Shown here piece by piece: positions 52,558 to 64,000 of a DNA stretch of 64,000 nucleotides. Under the pieces are notes generated by a model. The model was not told where the DNA came from, made no database searches, and was given only the letters and a program-made list of their open reading frames with translations. The position numbers and the translations under genes are program-made. How positions within the stretch are numbered: the first letter of the stretch is position 1; each line of letters opens with the position of its first letter. This stretch comes from Octopus sinensis (lineage: Eukaryota). The DNA lies in contig NW_021836318.1 in NCBI RefSeq assembly GCF_006345805.1, positions 53,367 through 117,366 on the forward strand, read 5' to 3'.

Positions 52558-53640
52558 TGATAATGATGAAAATGATGATGATAATGATAGTAGCAAACAT
52601 TTAGACTAACAGAAATACTTTATAGATATTCCTTCTTTAAGGGTGTCTTAAAGTTTGCATAAATTATGCGTTTCTTACAATTATTTATTTATTCATTTTT
52701 TTCGGAAGATGCATTTGCAAGACAAGGAATTAGAATTTTCTAGTTTTTCTGAAAAATAAATACATACATACATACATATGGCGGGCTTCATTCAGTTTCT
52801 GTCTACCAAATCCACTCACAAGGCTTTGGTTGGACTAAGGCTATAGTAGAAGAGACTTGCCCAAGGTACCACACAGTGGGACTGAACCCGGAACCATGTT
52901 GTTGGTAAGCAAGCTACTTACCACACAGCCACTCCTGAACCAAAACCCTGAACTGATAGAATAAGAGAAAGAGGGAAGGGCTGGACCCTTAAAGGAAATG
53001 AAAAACCCTCGTTATTATTTTTCAGTGCAGAAAAACAGCAGGGCTTGATTAAACGAATTGCGTGTATTTATTATTTTGAAATTATTTCTTATTAATTAGA
53101 CTAAGAAGGGGAAGTAACCATGCCTTTGCCGGTTACATTCTCACAATGTCAAGATTGATGTAAATGATATCCACCCTGAACATTTGCTGGTCAATGTCAG
53201 GATGCTTTGACATGAGTAGCAATAGAAGGAACTTTAGTAAAGAATAACCAAAGACCAAGTGTTGATAGTAAAGCTCAATGCGGTGTTGTGGTAGCTGCCA
53301 GTATTTTACTGCCATATATTCCATTTATATCTAATCGTTTTAATAGCATCTATAAAGTCGCATCTAGTAAACTAGAATGAAAGCACAGCGTGCCTCAACA
53401 GGCTAACTTCTCCTAACTTCTGTAATATATCACCAGCAACAACAAAACATGTTCTACATATTACAACAAATGCTTTTATAAATCCTGATAATGTCATCAT
53501 AACATATGAAGCTGCCTTGTTATTATACTTAATCTAGCATTTCCATTCAATTCACTTTTCATTTACAGATTAATGGGAGACACAAAATATAACATGAAAT
53601 AGATGTGTATTGCAATGTATTGAACAAATATTTTAAGAAT

Positions 53641-56600
53641 GGGTACCATGCGGAGTAATAGTCCTATGATGTACCTTAAATGCATAGCTGTAGAGAGGTA
53701 CCATGTGGAGGTGCAGTCCTATGATATACCTTAAATGCATAGCTGTAAAGAGGTACCATGTGGAGGTACAGTCCTATGATATATCTAGAAAGCATAGCTG
53801 TAAAGAGGTACCATGTGGAGGTACATTCCTATGATATACCTTAAATGTACAGCTGTAAAGATGTACCATGTGGAGGTACAGTCCTATGATATACCTAGAA
53901 GCATAGCTGTAAAGAGGTACCATGTGGAGGTACAGTCCTATGATATACCTTGATTGCATAGCTGTAAAGAGGTACCATGTGGAGGTACAGTCCTATGATA
54001 CACCTAAATGCATAGCTGTAAAGAGGTACCATGTGGAGGTACAGTCCTATGATATACCTTGATTGCATAGCTATAAGTAGGTACCATGTGGAGGTACAGT
54101 CCTATGATATACCTAGAAAGCATAGCTGTAAAGAGGTACCATGTGGAGGTACAGTCCTATGATATACCTTAAATGTACAGCTGTAAAGATGTACCATGTG
54201 GAGGTACAGTCCTATGATATACTTAAATGCATAGCTTTAAAGATGTACCATGTGGAGGTACAGTCCTATGATATAACTTTAATGCATAGCTGTAAAGAGG
54301 TACCATGTGGAGGTACAGTCCTATGATATACCTAGAAGCATAGCTGTAAAGAGGTACCATGTGGAGGTACAGTCCTATGATTTACCTTTAATGCATAGCT
54401 GTAAAGAGGTACCATTTGGAGGTACAGTCCTATGATATACCTTAAATGTATAGCTGTAAGTAGGTACCATGTGGAGGTACAGTCCTATGATATACCTTAA
54501 ATGCATAGCTGTAAAGATGTACCATGTGGAGGTACAGTCCTATGATATACCTAGAAGCATAGCTGTAAAGAGGTACCATGTGGAGGTACAGTCCTATGAT
54601 ACACCTAAAATGCATAGCTGTAAAGAGGTACCAAGTGGAGGTACAGTCCTATGATATACCTTGATTGCATAGCTATAAGTAGGTACCATGTGGAGGTACA
54701 GTCCTATGATATACTAGAAAGCATAGCTGTAAAGAGGTACCATGTGGAGGTACAGTCCTATGATATACCTTAAATGTACAGCTGTAAAGATGTACCATGT
54801 GGAGGTACAGTCCTATGATATACTTTAAATGCATAGCTTTAAAGATGTACCATGTGGAGGTACAGTCCTATGATATAACTTTAATGCATAGCTGTAAAGA
54901 GGTACCATTTGGAGGTACAGTCCTATGATATACCTTAAATGTATAGCTGTAAGTAGGTACCATGTGGAGGTACAGTCCTATGATATACCTTAAATGCATA
55001 GCTGTAAAGATGTACCATGTGGAGGTACAGTCCTATGATGTACACAGAACACTTTGCTGTAAAAGGTACCATGTGGAGGTACAGTCCTATGATATACCTT
55101 GAATGCATAGCTGTAAAGAGGTACCATGTGGAGGTACAGTCCTATGATATACCTTAAATGCATAGCTGTAAAGATGTACCATGTGGAGGTACGGTCCTAT
55201 GATATACCTAGAAAGCATAGCTGTAAAGAGGTACCATGTGGAGGTACAGTCCTATGATGTACACAGAACACTTTGCTGTAAAAGGTACCATGTGGAGGTA
55301 CAGTCCTATGATATACTTTGATTGCATAGCTGTAAGTAGGTACCATGTGGAGGTACAGTCCTATGATACACCTAAAATGCATAGCTGTAAGAGGTACCAT
55401 GTGGAGGTACAGTCCTATGATATACCTTGAATACATAGCTCTAAAGAGGTACCATGTGGAGGTACAGTCCTATGATATACCTTGAATACATAGCTGTAAA
55501 GAGGTACCATGTGGAGGTACAGTCCTATGATATACCTTGAATGCATAGCTGTAAAGAGGTACCATGTGGAGGTACAGTCCTATGATGTACACAGAACACT
55601 TTGCTGTAAAAGGTACCATGTGGAGGTACAGTCCTATAATATACCTAGAAAGCATAGCTTTAAAGAGGTACCATATGGAGTTACAGTCCTATGATATACC
55701 TTGAATGCATAGCTGTAAAGAGGTACCATGTGGAGGTACAGTCCTATGATATACCTTGAATGCACAGCTGTAAAGAGGTACCATGTGGAGGTACAGTCCT
55801 ATGATATACCTTGATTGCATAGCTGTAAGTAGGTACCATGTGGAGGTACAGTCCTATGATATACCTAGAAAGCATAGCTGTAAAGAGGTACCATGTGGAG
55901 GTACAGTCCTATGATATACCTAGATAGCATAGCTTTAAAGAAGTAACAAGTGGAGGTACAGTCCTATGATATACCTTGAATGCATAGCTGTAAAGAGGTA
56001 CCATGTGGAGGTACAGTCCTATGATATATCTTGAATGCATAGCTGTAAAGAGGTACCATGTGGAGGTACAGTCCTATGATATACCTTGAATGCATAGCTG
56101 TGGAGATGTACCATGTGGAGGTACAGTCCTATGATATACCTAGAAAGCATAGCTGTAAAGAGGTACCATGTGGAGGTACAGTCCTATGATATACCTTGAA
56201 TACATAGCTTTAAAGAGTACCATGTGGAGGTACAGTCCTATGATATACCTAGAAAGCATAGCTTTAAAGAAGTACCATGTGGAGGTACAGTCCTATGATA
56301 TACCTTAAGGCATAGCTGCAAAGAGGTACCATGTGGAGGTACAGTCCTATGATATACCTTGAATACATAGCTGTAAAGAGGTACCATGTGGAGGTACAGT
56401 CCTATGATATACCTTGAATGCATAGCTGTAAAGAGGTATCATGTGGAGGTACAGTCCTATGATATACCTTAAATGCATAGCTGTAAATAGATACCATGTT
56501 GAGGTACAGTCCTATGATATACCTAGAAAGCATAGCTTTAAAGAAGTACCAAGTGGAGGTACAGTCCTGTGATATAGCTTAAATGCATAGCTGTAAAGAG

Positions 56601-59600
56601 GTACCATGTGGAGGTACAGTCCTATGATATACCTTGAATGCATAGCTGTAAAGAGGTACCATGTGGAGGTACAGTCCTATGATGTACACAGAACACTTTG
56701 CTGTAAAAGATACCATGTGGAGGTACAGTCCTATGATATACCTAGAAAGCATAGCTTTAAAGAGGTACCATATGGAGTTACAGTCCTATGATATACCTTG
56801 AATGCATAGCTGTAAAGAGGTACCATGTGGAGGTACAGTCCTATGATATACCTTGAATGCATAGCTGTAAAGAGGTACCATGTGGAGGTACAGTCCTATG
56901 ATATACCTCGATTGCATAGCTGTAAGTAGGTACCATGTGGAGGTACAGTCCTATGATATACCTAGAAAGCATAGCTGTAAAGAGGTACCGTGTGGAGGTA
57001 CAGGCCTATGATATACCTAATAGCATAGCTTTAAAGAAGTTAGAAGTGGAGGTACAGTCCTATGATATACCTTGAATGCATAGCTGTAAATAGGTACCAT
57101 GTGGAGGTACAGTCCTATGATATATCTTGAATGCATAGCTGTAAAGAGGTACCATGTGGAGGTACAGTCCTATGATATACCTTGAATGCATAGCTGTGGA
57201 GATGTACCATGTGGAGGTACAGTCCTATGATACCTAGAAAGCATAGCTGTAAAGAGGTACCATGTGGAGGTACAGTCCTATGATATACCTTGAATACATA
57301 GCTTTAAAGAGGTACCATGTGGAGGTACAGTCCTATGATATACCTAGAAAGCATAGCTTTAAAGAAGTACCATGTGGAGGTACAGTCCTATGATATACCT
57401 TAAAGGCATAGCTGCAAAGAGGTACCATGTGGAGGTACAGTCCTATGATATATCTTGAATGCATAGCTGTAAAGAGGTACCATGTGGAGGTACAGTCCTC
57501 TGATATACCTTGAATACATAGCTGTAATGAGGTACCATGTGGAGGTACAGTCCTATGATATACCTCGAATGCATAGCTGTAAAGAGGTATCATGTGGAGG
57601 TACAGTCCTATGATATACCTTAAATGCATAGCTGTAAATAGATACCATGTTGAGGTACAGTCCTATGATATACCTAGAAAGCATAGCTTTAAAGAAGTAC
57701 CAAGTGGAGGTACAGTCCTATGATATAGCTTAAATGCATAGCTGTAAAGAGGTACCATGTGGAGGTACAGTCCTATGATATACCTAGAAAGCATAGCTTT
57801 AAAGAAGTACCATGTGGAGGTACAGTCCTATGATATACCTTAAATGCATAGCTGTAAAGAGGTACCATGTGGAGGTACAGTCCTATGATATACCTAGAAA
57901 GCATAGCTTTAAAGAGGTACCATGTGGAGGTACAGTCATTTGATATACCTTAAATGCATAGCTGTAGAGTGGTACCATGTGGAGGTACAGTCCTATGATA
58001 TACCTAGAAAGCATAGCTTTAAAGATGTACCATGTGGAGGTACAGTCCTATGATATACCTTAAATGCATAGCTGCAAAGAGGTACCATGTGGAGGTACAG
58101 CCCTATGATATACCTTAAATGCATAGCTGTAAAGAGGTACCATCTGGAGGTACAGTCCTATGATATATCTTGAATGCATAGCTGTAAAGAGGTACCATGT
58201 GGAGGTACAGTCCTATGATATACCTTGAATGCATAGCTGTAAAGATGTACCATGTGGAGGTACAGTCCTATGATATACCTAGAAAGCATAGCTTTAAAGA
58301 TGTACCATGTGGAGGTACAGTCCTATGATATACCTTAAAGGCATAGCTGCAAAGAGGTACCATGTGGAGGTACAGTCCTATGATATATCTTGAATGCATA
58401 GCTGTAAAGAGGTAACATGTGGAGGTACAGTCCTATGATATACCTTGAATGCATAGCTGTAAAGAGGTACCATGTGGAGGAACAGTCCTATGATATACCT
58501 TAAATGCATAGCTGTAAAGAGGTACCATGTGGAGGTACAGTCCTATGATGTACACAGAACACTTTGCTGTATGTAGGTACCATGTGGAGGTACAGTCCAT
58601 GATATACCTAGAAAGCATAGCTTTAAAGAAGTACCATTTGGAGGTACAGTCCTATGATATACCTAGAAAGCATAGCTGTAAAGAGGTACCATGTGGAGGT
58701 ACAGTCCTATGATGTATCTTGAATGCATAGCTGTAAAGAGGTACCATGTGGAGGTACAGTCCTATGATATACCTAGAAGCATAGCTGTAAAGAGGTACCA
58801 TGTGGAGGTACAGTCCTATGATGTACCTTGAATGCATAGCTGTAAAGAGGTACCATGTGGAGGTACAGTCCTATGATATACCTTGAATGCATAGCTGTAA
58901 AGAGGTACCATGTGGAGGTACAGTCCTATGATATACCTTGAATGCATAGCTGTAAAGAGGTACCATGTGGAGGTACAGTCCTATGATATACCTTGAATGC
59001 ATAGCTGTAAAGATGTACCATGTGGAGGTACATTCCTATGATATACCTAGAAGCATAGCTGTAAAGAGGTACCATGTGGAGGTACAGTCCTATGATGTAC
59101 ACAGAACACTGTGCTGTAAAAGGTACCATGTGGAGGAACAGTCCTATGATATACCTAGAAAGCATAGCTGTAAAGATGTACCATGTGGAGGTACAGTCCT
59201 ATGATATACCATGAATGCATAGCTGTAAAGAGGTACCATGTGGAGGTACAGTCCTATGATATACCTTGAATGCATAACTGTAAAGATGTATCATGTGGAG
59301 GTACAGTCCTATGATACACCTAGAAACCATAGCTGTAAAGAGGTACCATGTGGAGGTACAGTCCTATGATATACCTAGAAAGCATAGCTGTAAAGAGGTA
59401 CCATGTGGAGGTACAGTCCTATGATATACCTTGAATGCATAGCTGTAAAGAGGTACCATGTGGAGGTACAGTCCTATGATATACCTAGAAAGCATAGCTG
59501 TAAAGAGGTACCATGTGGAGGTACAGTCCTATGATATACCTTGAATGCATAGCTGTAAAGAGGTACCATGTGGAGGTACAGTCCTATGATATACCTAGAA

Positions 59601-60760
59601 AGCATAGCTGTAAAGAGGTACCATGTGGAGGTACAGTCCTATGATATACCTTGAATGCATAGCTGTAAAGAGGTACCATGTGGAGGTACAGTCCTATGAT
59701 ATACCTAGAAGCATAGCTGTAAAGAGGTACCATGTGGTGGTACAGTCCTATGATATACCTAGAAAGCATAGCTGTAAAGGTACCATGTGGAGGTACAGTC
59801 CTATGATATACCTTGAATGCATAGCTGTAAAGAGGTACCATGTGGAGGTACAGTCCTATGATATACCTAGAAAGCATAGCTGTAAAGAGGTACCATGTGG
59901 AGGTACAGTCCTATGATATACCTTGAATGCATAGCTATAAAGAGGTACCATGTGGAGGTACAGTCCTATGATATACCTAGAAAGCATAGCTGTAAAGAGG
60001 TACCATGTGGAGGTACAGTCCTATGATATACCTAGAAAGCATAGCTGTAAAGAGGTACCATGTGGAGGTACAGTCCTATGATATACCTTGAATGCATAGC
60101 TGTAAAGAGGTACCATGTGGAGGTACAGTCCTATGATATACCTAGAAAGCATAGCTGTAAAAGGTACCATGTGGAGGTACAGTCCTATGATATACCTTGA
60201 ATGCATAGCTGTAAAGAGGTACCATGTGGAGGTACAGTCCTATGATATACCTAGAAAGCATAGCTGTAAAGAGGTACCATGTGGAGGTACAGTCCTTTGA
60301 TATACCTTGAATGCATAGCTATAAGGAGGTACCATGTGGAGGTACAGTCCTATGATATACCTAAAAGCATAGCTGTAAAGAGGTACCATGTGGAGGTACA
60401 GTCCTATGATATACCTAGAAAGCATAGCTGTAAAGAGGTACCATGTGGAGGTACAGTCCTATGATATACCTTGAATGCATAGCTGTAAAGAGGTACCATG
60501 TGGAGGTACAGTCCATATATAACTAGAAAGCATAGCTGTAAAGAGGTACCATGTGGAGGTACAGTCCTATGATATACCTTGAATGCATAGCTGTAAAGAG
60601 GTACCATGTGGAGGTACAGTCCTATGATATACCTAGAAAGCATAGCTGTAAAGAGGTACCATGTGGAGGTACAGTCCTATGATATACCTAGAAAGCATAG
60701 CTGTAAAGAGGTACCATGTGGAGGTACAGTCCTATGATATACCTTGAATGCTTAGCTGTA
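53641..60760 (+). repeat. 55-bp satellite array, unit C (~7.1 kb)
   Basis: Variant order nearly identical to the unit B array. Confidence 0.99.
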
Positions 60761-61314
60761 TGTATCATGTTGTCATACTGTATTGATTTTGTTTTATGAA
60801 AGCGCATTTGTTCATGGAATTTTTTGTGTGGCAGATAAAAATGCTCCTTTGCAATATTTACATATTTCATAATATATTTTGTGTTCAACTCCCACTGTTA
60901 CAAAGTTTGTGTTTTATCATCCTCGAATGACAGAACATTTATTATATAAAATGCCAGGCTTTTATTGGTTTACATTTCATCAACTGTACAGCCTTCCCTG
61001 CTAAAACTTTGTCTCATGTTTATGTTCAACACACGACTGCTGCTGTCTGATTTAATAAGTTCTTGAAAAAATCATCTCCCTTCTGTTTCTCCTACGTGGA
61101 TTGACATTCTTCTTTCAATTCCCAGATTCAACAAAAGAACCCTCTCCCCGCCTGGTTTTTTTTCACGTGGGTGTTAAAATAAATATTCATTTTGTATTTT
61201 CTCCTCATGTTCATGGCTCTGAAGATACCAACGTTTTTTATGTTTTTAAAATATTTCTCATCTTTGTAATGTTTCCTTGAAATGTCTCTCATCTGTAACT
61301 GTCCTTCTAATGTT

Positions 61315-63505
61315 ATTATCTCTGTACTGTCCTCTTGTAATGTCTCCCTCGTCCCGTGCTGTCCTCTGTAATGTCTCTTGTCTCTGTACTGTCCTCTTGT
61401 AATGTCTCCCCGTCCTCCTCTGTGCTGTCTTCCTGTAATCGTCGTCTCATCTCTGTAGTATTTTCTCGTAATGTCCCTTGTCTCTGTACTGTCTCTTGTA
61501 ATGTCCCTCATCTCTGTACTGTCCTCCTGTAATGTCCCTTGTCTCTGTACTGTCCTCTTGTAATGTCTCCCTCATCTCTGTACTGACCTCCTGTAATGTC
61601 CCTTGTCTCTGTACTGTCCTCTGGTAATGTCTCCCTCATCTCTGTACTGTCTTCCTGTAATGTCCCTTGTCTCTGTACTGTCTTCCTGTAATGTCTCTTC
61701 ATCTCTGTAGTATTTTCTCTCGTAATGTCCCTTGTCTCTGTACTGTCCTCTTGTAATGTCCCTCATCTCTGTACTCTCCTCCTGTAATGTCTCTTGTCTC
61801 TGTACTGTCCTCTTGTAATGTCCCTCATCTCTGTACTGTCCTCCTGTAATGTCCCTTGTCTCTGTACTGTCCTCCTGTAATGTCCCTTGTCTCTGTACTG
61901 TCCTCCTGTAATGTCCCTTGTCTCTGTACTGTCCTCCTGTAATGTCCCTTGTCTCTGTACTGTCCTCCTGTAATGTCCCTTGTCTCTCCTGTCCTCCTGT
62001 AATGTCCCCTCATCTCTGTACTGTCCTCCTGATATGTCACTTGTTCTGTACTGTCCTCTTCTAATGTCTCCTTTCATCTCTGTACTGTCCCTTGACTCTG
62101 TAATCTACTCCTCCTCCATCTCTGTACTGTCCCTTGACTCTGTACTGTCCTCTTGTAATGTCTCCCTCATCTCTGTACTGTCCTCCTGTAATGTCCCTTG
62201 TCCTCTGTACTGTCTTTCTGTAATCCCTGCCTTGTGTCTGTACTGTCTTCCTGTAATGTCCCTTGTCTCTGTACTGTCTTCCTGTAATGTTCCTTGTCTC
62301 TGTACCGTCTTCCTGTAATGACCCTTGTCTCTGTACTGTCTTCTTTGTATGATGTACTGTCTTCCTGTACTGTCTTCCTGTACTGTCTTCCTAATGTCCC
62401 TTGTCTCTGTACTGTCTTCCTGTAATGTCCCTTGTCTCTGTACTGTCTTCCTGTAATGTCCCTTGTCTCTGTACTGTCCCCTTGTATGTCCCCTTGTCTC
62501 TTACTGTCTTCCTGTTGTCCCTTGTCTCTGTACTGTTTTTCCTGTAATGTCCCTTGTCTCTGTACTGTCTTCCTGTATTGTCCCTTGTCTCTTTACTGTC
62601 CTCTTGTAATGTCTCCCTCGTCTCTCTGTACTGTCTTCCTGTAATGTCTCTTCATCTCTGTAGTATTTTCTCGTAATGTCCCTTGTCTCTGTACTGTCCT
62701 CTTTGTAATGTCCCTCATCTCTTTACTGTCTTCCTGTAAGTTCCCTTGTCTCTGTACTGTCCTCTTGTAGTGTCCCTCATCTCTGTGCTGTCCTCCTCCT
62801 GTAATGTCCCTTGTCTCTGTACTGTCGTCTTGTAATGTCCCTCATCTCTGTGCTGTCCTCCTGTAATGTCCCTTGTTCTGTACTCTCCTCTTGTAATGTC
62901 TCCCTCGTCTCTGTACTGTCTTCCTGTAATGTCCCTTGTCTCTGTACTGGTCCTTCTGTATGTCCCTTGTCTCTGTACTGTCCTCCTGTAATGTCTCTTG
63001 TCTCTGTACTGTCCTCTTGTAATGTCTTCCTTGTCTCTGTGCTGTCCTTCTGTAATGTCCCTTGTCTCTGTACTGTCCTCTTATAATGTCACCCTCGTCT
63101 CTGTACTGTCCTCCTGTAATGTCTCTTATCTCTGTACTGTCCTCGTGTAATGTCACCTATCTCTGTTCTGTCCTTTTGTAATGTCCCTCATCTCTGTACT
63201 GTCCTTCTGTAATGTCCCTTGTCTCTGTACTGTCCTCCTGTAATGTCCCTTGTCTCTGTACTGTCCTCCCTGTAATGTCCTTGTCTCTGTACTGTCCTCC
63301 TGTAATGTCCCTTGTCTCTGTACTGTCCTCTTGTAATGTCTCTCATTTCTATACTGTGCTCTTGTAGTGTCCCTAACCTCTGTAATATTCTCTTGTAATA
63401 TTGCAATAATCTTTGTAAAGTCCCTTGTCTTTGTAATGTTCCAATGTCCCTCATTTCTGTGTTGTGTCCTCTTGTAATATCCTAAACTGTGTAATGTCCT
63501 TTTGT
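61315..63505 (+). repeat. 31-bp minisatellite, unit C (noisy)
   Basis: Same monomer and B-like variant order, with many small indels. Confidence 0.95.
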
Positions 63506-64000
63506 AATTATCTCCAATCTTTGTCCACTCGTCCACTCGTAACCCATCATCTGCATGCTCTGAAATTATCAATTAGCAGTAAATTAATTCGGATTTATAT
63601 TTTAGTCTTTTACATCCACGGGAAGGTAGAAGTGCTGATTTATTTGTGGAGGACATTCTGAGGAAGACTTTATCACCATTTCTTGCAGGTCGAGTAATTG
63701 CATAAAGGCTTCCTCACTTGCTTACAGTCTTCCATATTATAGGTATGTTAGTTTTCAGCTCAGCCTTCACTGAGGAGACAGACCTATAAATATGACATTC
63801 CAGTTATGACCAACCATTCTCTCCTTTTTTCCCCAGTCATCATTTATCCTCCTTTCGCCTTTTTTTTTTTCTATCAGATGCGTGATCACATTATCCAAAT
63901 AACCTTTTTATCAAATGGGTGTAGTTTGAAGGGAAACTTGTGACCAACCATCCTTTTTTTTTTCCATCAGATCAGGATCACATTATCCAATTATAAAACC

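Larger units (their letters stand above)
23960..53640. repeat. Tandem segmental repeat unit B (complete copy)
   Basis: Colinear with unit A: same satellite, minisatellite, SINEs, MITEs, Dong element and gene in the same order and orientation. Confidence 0.97.
53641..64000. repeat. Tandem segmental repeat unit C (right-truncated)
   Basis: Satellite, spacer, 31-bp array and downstream flank match B (ORF 31024 vs 60688, offset 29664). Confidence 0.95.

Overview
AT-rich, microsatellite-rich animal genomic DNA; the SINE families suggest an octopus/coleoid cephalopod (inference). It is not prokaryotic, and there is no CRISPR array, rRNA or true tRNA gene. The window is about 2.15 tandem copies of one ~29.7-kb unit: A 1-23959, B 23960-53640, C 53641-end. 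Each unit holds a ~7.1-kb 55-bp satellite with dyad symmetry and higher-order blocks, then a ~2-kb 31-bp minisatellite and a dense transposon graveyard (tRNA-derived SINEs, piggyBac-type and hAT-type MITEs, CR1-like and mariner fragments). It also holds a decayed full-length R4/Dong-clade RLE retrotransposon plus two truncated relatives, all inserted in (TAA)n. The unit's one credible host gene has a TATA box and a 399-aa ORF with a PTB/PH-like N-terminus. A minimal hammerhead-ribozyme-like motif sits between two (TA)n tracts. Parts of B (~39.7-48.7 kb) and C (>61 kb) show homopolymer indel noise typical of unpolished long reads, so copy number and the B-gene frameshifts are uncertain. Nearly all other track ORFs are repeat artefacts.
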